From: Heptranchias perlo
Taxonomy: Eukaryota
DNA length: 64,000 nucleotides
NCBI RefSeq assembly: GCF_035084215.1
Contig: NC_090350.1
Span: 27,342,001 to 27,406,000, forward strand
Direction: 5' to 3'
The translations under genes and the position numbers were made by a program. The notes below the pieces were generated by a model. That model had not been told where the DNA came from. It ran no database searches and was given only the letters and a program-made list of their open reading frames with translations. Numbering within the stretch: position 1 is the first letter of the stretch; every line of letters begins with the position of its first letter. Positions 53,460 through 64,000 of the stretch are shown here, piece by piece.

Positions 53460-53642
53460 CCTAAAGGCTTTGTCAATTGAATTTTTTAAGACTGAGATCG
53501 ATAGATTTTTGTTAGGTAAGGGTATCAAGGGATATAGAGCAAACATGGGCAAATGGAGTTGAGGTACAGATCAGCCATGATCTAATTGAATGATGGACTA
53601 GGCTTGAGGGGCTGAATGGCCTACTCCTGTTCCTATGTTCCT
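53460..53642 (+). mobile_element. CR1 LINE 3' UTR
   Basis: gagatcgatagatttttg...gatcagccatgatct...ggcctactcctgttcctatgttcct. Confidence 0.8.
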
Positions 53643-54974
53643 GAGATTCAGTGCTGTTCCCTCTCCTCATGCTCCAGTGAGAAAAAACAAGGGAATGCTC
53701 CTAGGGGTGGGCAATTCCGGTATCATTAGCACAAGCAAAAGGGCCATCTGGTGCCTCTACACTACCACACATTTAAAATCAGAAACGCAGCGTGAGGAAT
53801 TGTGGGCACAGACCTTTGTCCCACCATTATTCCTGAATACAGATTGTTTGAGCATTCCAGAGAGTGGCCCTCAAGCAAACTACTGATTTAGATTGTGGCC
53901 CTTGACACAATTTAATGAACGACGCCTTTGAAAACCAAGACTAAATTTAAGAACGTTGTGAATGTTAACTGAACCCAGAAATTAAATACCAGCATTTTAC
54001 ATCTTCCCCAGCATATGTTGTTTTATATAATACACAAACATCCATTTTAAGAGGAGTTTAAATGGTTAATATTACAGTTCAGTTAATTAGGCTTATTTAC
54101 ACTACCAAGAATTACAGCTGTGGTCATCAGTAACAGATAATCACAGGAGGCAGAGTATTTGCAAAATAATAAAACGTGCCATTCATAAAATGAGGTAATT
54201 GGGTTATTTTTCTCAGGGAGTTAATTATGCAGAAAATATCATTCCAGCATTTTTAATTAAAACTGCAGAACCCTATTCTGTTATGGAATAAATAAATAAC
54301 ATTTTAACGTTGACTGTAGGAGCTTTTGCAGATAAACCAATGGCTAAAATAGAAAAAAATTTGTATAAGATTCTTTAATAGCATGTCTTCTCCAAAACTA
54401 AAATTCCCACAGAGTAACTTTCGAGTGCGATCATCGAAGGAACCTAAAACATTCCACCTATATTTAGGATAAGAATTTTTTTGCCTTGTTGATTCAGATT
54501 AGACATTAAAAAGTCTGTGTAAAGGTGAGGCAGAAGATTACAGACAAAGTTTAGCAATTTTAGAGTTGCCTTCCTCGAGTCTTTTAGTCTCTCAAAAACT
54601 GAATGAGTTTTATGCTGTGTTTTTGCTGCATTCTATTGGGTATAGTAGATTTCAGTAACTAAACATTGTGGAACCACACAGATTCAAATTACTTTTAGAA
54701 GCTTTTTCTATTGTAATTCAGTGGTAGTTAGATTGGTTTGGAATGAGGTCAGGTTGCTGTCTTTAGGAGTCATGTCTCAGTGTTGCAGCTTACTTTGTAC
54801 AGACTCTCAAACGGGAAATTAATCTTCAATATAATCTGTTTCATTATATCACTCCTGACTGTTACTGTGAGTGTTTTCAGCTGCTGTTCTCATGGTTAGT
54901 ATATATTCTGTGGTTTTTTAAGCTTAGGTGGCTATAAGTAATGAATAGGTGACCCTCCCGTTCCCCAGCCCACA

Positions 54975-55330
54975 CAATTTTCTCCCCTCCTTTTTCTCTT
55001 CTGAAAGCAATGACTCTTGCTAGGTTCAGAGAGTGCTGGCAGCTCTTTGGTACCTCACCTAAGTGGTCACTCTTTATGTCCGAGTCTAGACAACAAATGC
55101 CAGTTGACTATTTGATTGGAAAGGGCTTCACAGCCAAGCTGGATTCTGTCCTCACACTATGTTCAAATGTACACCTCTAGCGATTTTCACTGGGTAGTGG
55201 TCAGCAAGAGAAACCCCGTCAGTTTTCTTTTTTCTCCTCTCTTCCCAAGATCAGTGAAACTGAGGCAAATAGTAGCCCCCTAGTATCGCCCAACTGAGAT
55301 CAACTAACTCAGTATAGACAGGGAAATGAA
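54975..55330 (-). mobile_element. LF-SINE-like element
   Basis: caattttctcccctcc...gtacctcacctaagtggtca...ctgtcctcac...gagatcaactaactcagtatagac. Confidence 0.8.
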
Positions 55331-57832
55331 GCCAGAATTACTTTTTTTTTGAAAGAATGCTTGGGGAAGACTGTCGTGTGTTAATGTTTGCAAGCTGGCC
55401 CCATATATGTAGCAAATTCTGGAACATCAGATAAGTTTAATCTTACCATGATTAATGATTTTATTTCTTAACCCACAAAACAGCATTCCACATAGGATGA
55501 ATACAGATTGCCATGCTGGTTTTTGAAAATTCCAAAAAAAAATGACATGATATGATAGAGAATTGCTGAATGTCAAGTTGCTTCCCAACTTTAATACTGA
55601 GATTCCCTCATGAAATTCTAATGATCCACTGGGAGTGTGGTATTCACAAAATTATTTGCATTCAGTCCTGGGATTAGTGCAGGAACCCTAGATTTGGCCT
55701 CCAACATTATACTGTGTCATCTCTGGATGCTGGAATTCTGAAAATAAGCAGGGTATCTATGATGGCCACATTCAACTCTCTAAGCCGTTTGTGACATTAT
55801 AAATTACTCAACTCAAGGAAGCTTAAATTAAATTTTTAAATTAAGAAACTGCCAGATGGTCTCCCTCAGTGGCTCAGTGAGTTTATTCAGTGAGTAGCTA
55901 AGCCATATCAACTAGGAAAGTCCCAGGTCAGCTGGTGCAGTGGTAGGGGAGCTACAGTTGATTGTAGAGTTTTCTGTGTGGGAGACCCCCTACAAATATT
56001 AATGCACTCCTGTGGATTGCTTGTCCTAAAATTTACAAAAGGATGCAATGGAATGTAATATATGACCTGCAACCTGGCATCCTCTTATAATGAATTTTTT
56101 ATTTCTACTGCTGTTTATTTACAGAAGTATTAAATAAACATGAATAAAATCAGCACCTCTGTTTTGTGCTTGTTTGACTTGTAACTTCAACAGGATTATC
56201 TCCATAATAAAGAAAACTGAATTAAAATTTGCACAATGCCAGTGATAAAGATGCCAAAAGTGCAGTAATTTGACAGCTTTCAGAACTTCAAGGAGCAGTT
56301 CTGTGATCACTTTTTTTAAGCGTTTCATCAGTCTGTCAACTGAAGTTCAAGGGACTGGATTGTGTCTAACAGGGGCATCGTAAAGAGAGAATGTGTTGCA
56401 GTATGTCTGGAGTGTCTCATCCTGAAAGACCAAGTACTATGGCACAAGCCATAGGGGACAATGGCCCACCTGAATAGCGGAGAGTCCTTCAAATACCTCA
56501 AATTCCACCATCAACTTCACGGTGGATCCCCATTGCTAAACTCTCTTCATCAACCTTTGGTACAGTATCAGATGATTCATTTGAGGCACAGTTCTTATTT
56601 GCTCTTTCCCTCTGTCACTGTCTCATCTCTCACTCTACCTGCACACCTTTTAGGAGTAATGACCTTGAGATCTCCTGGCAGCCTTTCGCAGACTCCAGTT
56701 TGAAAACCACAGACCTAAAATTGTGAAACTGTTTGACCAGCTAAGAAGCACACTGCCTATGATAAATTAACAACTTAGTAGCTTGTTTAGAGAGTATGGT
56801 TAATAAGAAGTATTCTGTGACTGTATATTCTTGAAATCAATTCTTGTCCTATTCAGTGTAAGAAAATTGACATCAAAGCTTAACAAAATGAATGTTGTAT
56901 GAGCGAAGATGTGAAGCTAGAAAGAAATTCAGTGAGTTAACATGTATGCTATAGTTGTAACACAGCATGTTACTGTAGAAATACAGTATTCATATAGACG
57001 GATGAGCAGTTGCAAGAAGATTACTTCTGATTGGTTTAACTTCAAAATGTAATGTCTGCTTTCCCTGTCATCATGTCAACGCTAACTACATTCTCCATTG
57101 CATTCTCCAACCATTTCTTAGATTACAGATTCAATCAGATGATTTTCCTGCAGAGACACTCTGGTAAATTTCAACTGTCAAATCTCATGAAATCGACACT
57201 GTTTACATTATCCTGCTGATTTAAGTTTGGTCAGGTTTGTAAGTGATAAGGGGAGAATGCAGTGGGTTTGTGGCTTGGACCCAAGTACTTCTGGTTGTGG
57301 ACTGGTCTTAAAATTTAAATAGGATTTATTTTGTTTTCCTCCTTCATGGGTATCCCTGTGCTGCACAAGAAGGGCCAAGAGGACAGAAGCAGATTATAAT
57401 TCGAGGAGGCCCAGATGTGGAGAGTGGTAGTAACTGGAGCCCCTGCACTTCAGGTTAGTCACCCATTTTCCTCTGAGGTATTTATTTTAAACAGAACCAT
57501 TACTATGGTTACTGATGGAGTATGGCCAGTGCATGAGTTGCTGCATGATTCGGTGCATTTTGACTTGTACCATGAAAAGTGTAAGAACAGTAGTGTGATA
57601 GGCCTTGAGGGGCCACTTAACAGTGTGCTGTAACACAGAACAAAGGGCACAGCTCTAGGCTGGACAAAGCTTTCCCTCTATTTGAAGTGAGCAACCACTG
57701 TACTGCAGATACCTGAAGTTGTGGCATTTCCTCTGTGCTTTCATGGTAGTCATTTTAGGAATGTCATATTTGAACAGATTTAGTGTTAAAAGGGACAGTT
57801 TATGTTTAACTCATTTTGAGATTGGTTTTAAG

Positions 57833-58138
57833 AACATAAGAAATAGGATCAGGATTAGGCCATACGGCCCCTCAAGCCTGCTCTGCCATCCAATCAGATC
57901 ATGGCTGATCTTCGACCTCAACTCCGTTTTCCCGCCCGATCTCCATATCCCTTGATTCCCTTAGAGTCCAAAAATCTATCGATCTCGGTCTTGAATATAC
58001 TCAACGACTGAGCATCCACAGCCCTCTGGGGTAGAGAATTCCAAAGATTCACAACCCTCTGAGTGAAGAAATTTCTCCTCATCTCAATCCCAAATGGCCG
58101 ACCCCTTATCCTGAGACTATGCCCACTAATTCTAGACT
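57833..58138 (-). mobile_element. CR1 LINE 3' end
   Basis: aacataagaaatagga...gatcatggctgatc...aaaatctatcgatctc...gaattccaaagattcacaaccctctg. Confidence 0.88.
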
Positions 58139-59794
58139 CTACACATTTTTGGTCCAGGCCTCATTCTGTGGGTGCAGAAGTTTTGAAATTGCAATATTTT
58201 AGTGAGAGTCAGTGTAGTCAATGTCTATGGAAAAACTTAGGAGATAGTCAAAGTAGGACTGCACGTTTCAATATAAAGGCCCAATAGGCAGCTAAGCCGA
58301 GGCAGACAGGCAAAAAATATACACACGCACACATTTATTCAGTTCTATGCATTTGGTTATTAGTGCAATTCACATAGAAATTTACATTTTCAGAAATAGG
58401 AGAAAATGACATAAATTGAAAGCTTAGTTGCTAGCTTTTACTGTAACTGGAGTTGGGGATTTGGTGAAGCAGTCAAGCCAGTGAGGTAACAACAAATTCA
58501 GGCCTGCATTGCTCTGCAAGAACATACACAGGTGCAAAAAGTCACTTCCCCCATTTGATATTTCTCATAACCTGAGCACCAATTTAGGCTTTTTTAAGGG
58601 CAAGGCAAAAATCCAGTGACATCCTTAAAATGACAACTGGACAACAATGATGAATACTAAACCAATGAAAATGGGTGTCACATGGAATAGCTTCATAAAG
58701 CCTCTTTTGAAAGGATTTGGCCAAGAGATATTTTAGGTTGGTGGCCAACTAGATACGGTGAGTTGGGATGTTTGCCTTGCTCCCTCCCCTTCCCATTTCC
58801 TTATTCGATATTTAATATTGGTTCACTAGACCTGGACCAGTAGTTGCATCCTAGCTGATGCACGTTAGTTGCACTGTGCTCTACAAGCAGGAAGCTTCTT
58901 TGTTGATGCTTTTTGCAAACTGCCTCCAAACATCTGTGTATGAAGATACAGGAAGTATCGGAACATGGGTAGTTTCCATTATGGTAGACCAGTCACTTAA
59001 CACAACCGTTGATCATGCTGTGCAAGAATTCTGCGGCCTTTAATTTAAGCTTACTAGTAGCGACATGATACTTCAGAAAACAACTTTATTGGTTTGTTAC
59101 TTGTATCTGATTGGAATATGCAGGTCGCAGATATTGTGGCTGAGATTGGGAACTCACTATGTGGAGAATTGCAGGCTATTATCTACTCTTCATTTTAAGC
59201 TTTATACGCAGAGACTAATTTACTCAAGTGTCTTCTGAAAGACAAAATATCTGCTGTCAATCTCTTGGTATAAAATTGGGAGGAGTGGGGGGGAAGAATA
59301 GGGAAGAAAAGAACCAAATTAGAGGTGTACAAAGTCATACAATCTAGTTGCTTTGTATTGTTCCTTATATACGGAATAAATAGTGCTGCTATACTACAGA
59401 CCAGTACCTGCTTACAGGGACGTGGAGCTGGCAGACTTGAATTGTAAGCTCAAGTCTTACAAAGCAGAATTCTATACAATGCATGCTTACATGCAGGAGC
59501 AGAGCTCCACTGAGTGCATCCAAATGCTAGTTAAACTTTTAATTTTCTTGAAGAGCTGATAGAACAGTTGGCTCTTTGCCAAGATTAAACAATTTAAACT
59601 GAAGTTTAAAAAGCTGATATGCACTGGTTTTAGTATTCCTGCAGCTGAAGTGGTGTGAGACTACCCCCTCAAAGTGGATTGTACCATATGCCGGAATGCA
59701 ATCTGGCTAACTTCACTACTGATCATTCTGTACTACTTTTAGTGATGCAAAGCTGAATGTGCTTCACATTGACACAAAATGTGTAGTGTAACTC

Positions 59795-60252
59795 CCCTGT
59801 AGGCTAAGTTGGTAAAGGCAAAGTGTAGCTGATGCATATAGAACAGTAGGTTCACGTTTCAGAAGGCTCCCCTAGGTGTAGCACTACAGACCAAAATATC
59901 CCAGTTTCAATTCCTGCTCTATGCTGAGTTAGCTGACCTTAGCCAGGCTAGTAGCAGAGGGTGCCACAACTGGCTTCTGTGCCCTTGGGTTGTGAAAGTT
60001 AGTCAGTGTTCCTGCTCCTGATCACTATCCAATGACCCACCATTGCTAGAAAATATGAGTGTGTGTACTTCAGCTGAGGATAGGAGTGGGTTCAGCTGCG
60101 ATGTCCCACAGTGGCGAACAGCCTGAGAGCATTCATTGTCTAGACTCAGACATGGAGAATAGCCGCTTGGCTGAGGTGACTGCACCCATGGAGTGATAAA
60201 GCCCAACAAAAGTCAACATCTTAAGGAGAGAAGGAAGCGCAAGAAAATTGGT
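59795..60252 (+). mobile_element. Near full-length LF-SINE-like element
   Basis: tgctgagttagctgacct...gttcctgctcctgatcactatccaatgacc...gaggataggagtgggttcagctgcgatg...tgtctagactca...gaaaattgg matches my recollection of the LF-SINE consensus. Confidence 0.8.
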
Positions 60253-60368
60253 TGAAGAAAATTTTTTATCTAGAAGAGTGAAAATAATGTAGTTATTGGA
60301 CATTTACAGGTTCAGTGTCTCTACTTAATCACTGATCTGTTACATTTTTCTTCTTTACAGATGATATC

Positions 60369-60817
60369 ATGTCTTACTACAATGATGAGCCCCGGTACAC
60401 TATTGAACAAATTGATCTTCTCCAACGCCTGCGCCGATCAGGAATGACTAAACACGAAATCATTCATGCACTTGAAACAATGGAACGGCTCGATCAGGAG
60501 CAAAGCGAAAAATTTGTCAGGCGACCCAACTACAGCAGTAACTATGGCAACAACGTTTCAGCATCCTCTTCAACTGCTTCTGCTGCTACACAGACTCAAA
60601 GTATAGCGCAATCACCGTCGCCTAGTAATAGCTATGACACATCGCCTCCACCCTACAATGCAAGCCACACAGGGCGAGAAAGCACAGCAAGTGAGAGACT
60701 TGTTGCCAGCGGAACACTGTCTCCGCGGTACCAGAACAGTGGGAGTCAAAGGTCATATAGTTTTGACACAGGAGAAGATGATGCAGACTTGGAGGAGAAA
60801 GTGGAAGAGTACATGAG
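60369..60817 (+). CDS. HMBOX1-like homeobox-containing protein, first major coding exon (HNF1-like dimerisation region; exon starts at 60361)
   Basis: MSYYNDEPRYTIEQIDLLQRLRRSGMTKHEIIHALET...SPSPSNSYDTSP...KVEEYMR aligns with recalled HMBOX1; acceptor ttctttacag|; phase-2 donor AG|gtaatg. Confidence 0.95.
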
Positions 60818-61229
60818 GTAATGTGGAAAACCCATGTAGTTACATAAATATTAAGGATAGTTACAGGATTTCACACTACCTCAGCTTTCAAAAGGTCATG
60901 GATTGAGTTGCATCCATCCATCTTAGTCTCCGTTTTGTCATTTCTTCTCTAGCCTATTGAGAGGGATTGCAATGGAGAAAAAGGTGTTGCCATTTTAGGG
61001 AGAGAGAAAAAAAAACAAGGTGTCATCTGAATTGCACCTCTTGTTGGCCAATGAAGGAGCAACGTTGATGCTGGCAGTGTATTAGAAGGAATCCATGAAC
61101 AGAACCAGCTTGGTTGCCGGCTGCAGGGAACCAGATGGAGATGAGCAGTCTGAACAAACGGGGAGGGGGGAAACAAGAGAAAATAATAAAGAAAGCTAAA
61201 AATCAATGAGCTTCTTCCCTTTTTTTCAG

Positions 61230-61315
61230 AAGGGACAGCAATGCAGTAAAAGAAGAAATCAAAGCATTTTTAGCCAATCGGAGGATTTCTCAGGCTGTGG
61301 TGGGACAAGTCACAG
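61230..61315 (+). CDS. HMBOX1-like coding exon (RDSNAVKEEIKAFLANRRISQAVVGQVTG)
   Basis: Acceptor ttttttcag|, donor ACAG|gtaag, 86 nt, phase-compatible with both neighbours; POU-specific-like domain. Confidence 0.95.
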
Positions 61316-63139
61316 GTAAGACAGAAAGAGCGGGAATTGCTTATGAGGTCTGTTATTCTTTGAAGTATTGTATTAACTGCTTTATACTATTCCTGAAATC
61401 GGGCATAAAATTAAATTGGAATGGGCCATTACTACAAAGTAACTGCTTATTTCAGGGGTAAGGTATCCTGTTGTCAATTTCTAATAGAACCCCCTGTACT
61501 GAGCTTCCTCAGTTTTTCTCTTAATTGGCAAGTTTACAAATAAACCATGGAGATTAGTACAGCTTCAAATAACAGTGCCCCTTTGTGCTCATCCAGTATG
61601 GTGTTGAGCAAGATGGTTTGTGTCAATTTTCCCAGTTGCTGCAAAGCATCTTGCTTGTTGAACTATCTCTAGTTTGAAGATTAGCAGGTGCTTGTAAATC
61701 CCTGGCTCCAGGTCAGAAGAAGGCAGCACAAAAGAACTGTCTTTCTTTCTCTTTTTAAAAAATTATTTGATGTTTTAAATGTGACAGATGAAGTGTTACT
61801 ATGGGCAACAAAGTAGAGGTGAGACTTTTATTTATCTATATTGGTGGATCTCATTTGATGTTGCTCACAGTAAGCTGGAGCATACAGTCTCTTGTTTTCC
61901 TGTTACTTTTTCTCTCGCTCTGTCCTCTGTCTCCTCTTCTGCCTTTTTTTTTCATTCCTTTCAGGTGGGAGTTGGTGAATGGTATGGTGAGACAAGGAAA
62001 GGTGCTACCCAGCATTGCAGGTAGCACTTTCCCATGATGAATGCAAGGAAAATGCAGCCTGCAGCCCTTGGTGTCCCCGTTCCCATCCTCACCCTGTCCC
62101 CTTGCTTCCTCCTCACTCCTTTTCTCCTATTGCTTCCTCCATCTCTTCCCTTTCCCGCTATCCCCTCCTTTTCCACCATCCCTTTCCACCACCCCTTCCC
62201 CTATTCTGTTTATAGTGCTATAAGCACTTCAAAAAATAAATTGCTGGTTTCTCCACTTAGTTCATTGTATCCCTAAATGACAGTGTTTCAAATTCTGAGA
62301 TTTAAGATAGCAAGAAAAACAATGCAGTGGATATTGGTTACTGCGTGGATGGCATTAACCTGATAATTCTAAGAAATCTAAGATGCAACCTCAAGGAAGC
62401 AGGTTTGAACCCTAAGGTTTTAATAATTGGGGCAAAATGGACAATTGTGTCCACTGATTATTTAGATTAATAAGACAGGATTCAGGTGCTGAAAACATTT
62501 TCATTTTTCCAAAGGCTAAAACTTGGAGAAAGTTAACTTTGACCACTGCTTTATTTTCTTTCCACCCATCTCTCTCTCTCCCCTGCCTTTATTCTTCCCT
62601 CCAGCCACTTGGAGGGAACAGTGCTTTTTAAGGTGGAGGCGTGTCAGTGGACTCCCAGGTGACGTGGTGGATGGGGAGGGTGTTGAGAATGCAGCCACCT
62701 GCCAGTCAGGGAAATACCTGTAGTACTGTATATGTTCTTAACATGCCTTTTGGACACTCATTAAAATTAACCCTGCAGTGAAGTATCAGTTTTTGTGCAG
62801 TGGGTTGTTGGAACATGGAATGCTTTACCAGAGGGTTTGGTTAAGCAGAGATCATTGCATCTTCTAAGTGGAAATTGGATAAATACAGGGCTCTTTAGAG
62901 AGTGGGGCTAGTTTTGGATTGCTGTAACAAACAGCTGGAACAGACACAGTAGAGTTAATGACCTCTTCTGTGCTGTAAACTTTTATAGTTTTATTTACAG
63001 TGTGAGCTTCAAAGTGTTTTGTGACCCTGGAGGAACATTTTATGTACATTTTACGAGGAAATAAATAGAAATATTAACCGTAGCAGCTTCAGTTATTATT
63101 ATGAAACCCCTAATAACTTTTGTATTTTCTCTAATGCAG

Positions 63140-63250
63140 GTATTAGCCAAAGCTATATATCCCAGTGGCTGTTGCAGCAGGGTCTTGATATGAGTGAGCC
63201 CAAGAAGCGGGCTTTTTATAGATGGTACCTTCTAGAGAAAAATAGTCCAG
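63140..63250 (+). CDS. HMBOX1-like coding exon (ISQSYISQWLLQQGLDMSEPKKRAFYRWYLLEKNSP); the gene continues beyond the window
   Basis: Acceptor ctaatgcag|, donor CCAG|gtgagc, 111 nt, phase 1-1. Confidence 0.95.
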
Positions 63251-64000
63251 GTGAGCAACATTCTGATTAGGATTCTGTAGAACTAAAAAAGGAGTCAAAG
63301 TCAAGTAGTGTAAAAAATTTCAATTTTTCCCATTTTTTGTGTTCATCTTCCAATAAACATCAAATACTGATGACAAATAATTCTTGAAGGAACCTGGAGG
63401 AACAAATGGGCTTGTCTGGGAACAGAATTAAAACCAGAACTTAACTGTGCTTAAAGCAGAATGTTCCAGCAGATGTGTCTATCAGGCTGCTCAGTAACTC
63501 CACCAAGCCAATTACTTTGAGATCATCAATACTCGCTGTTCAAACATTAAAAAAACACAAACAAAATAAAGTAGAAAAGTGATACAGGTACCACGATTGA
63601 CCTCAGTGCATCTAGATTAGGAGCTGTTTGATAAAGTCACACACCCAGTGGCATTCTGTAAACGAAATACCACAAAGCAGACAGGGTTCAATAGAAATTT
63701 CAGCAAAATTGTAAAATTTAGAACAAAGGCAATATTAGCAGTAACTAGACTATAATTCTGTACTAAATGATTCCTCACAACACTGAGTTCATTGGTACAG
63801 GCTGCTGCAAATGACCGTGTTTTCCTCCTCAAAACATGCCTCCACAATCCAACACTCCTTGCATACCATCTTCATGAGACAGAATGGTCAAATGGGGAAG
63901 GAAGGCCTCCTGCTGAATCCCCACCCCTAAAATTGGATCCCAGAATTTTCCTCCTCTCAGGGGTGTTGTGCTTCACCCACCACTTAACCTCCTGCCATAT

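Overview
This is eukaryotic (vertebrate) genomic DNA. The repeat landscape (CR1 and L2 LINE fragments, Deu-domain SINEs, many LF-SINE-like copies, Penelope-like short repeats, one RTE 3' end) points to a cartilaginous fish, though that is an inference. Three spliced genes are visible. (1) The first coding exon of a 14-3-3 gene of the beta/zeta/theta/sigma group on the minus strand (15430-15732); the remaining exons lie left of the window. (2) A complete ZNF706-like gene on the minus strand (75 aa, four exons, CpG-island promoter near 33.1 kb). (3) The 5' part of an HMBOX1-like gene on the plus strand (non-coding exon near 40.8-41.0 kb; coding exons at 60.4, 61.2 and 63.1 kb), arranged head-to-head with ZNF706. 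The most notable observations are the mosaic zeta/theta/sigma 14-3-3 in a possibly paralogous 14-3-3/ZNF706/HMBOX1-like block, an intron-less frameshifted internal SLMAP cDNA fragment in HMBOX1-like intron 1, a perfect 70-bp inverted copy flanked by a 13-bp direct repeat, tandem hairpin-forming elements upstream of the HMBOX1-like promoter, and uORFs plus a candidate in-frame upstream exon. I found no prokaryote-type system (CRISPR, operon, defence island) and no clearly new biological system. All protein identifications rest on recalled sequences, not database searches; repeat boundaries are approximate.
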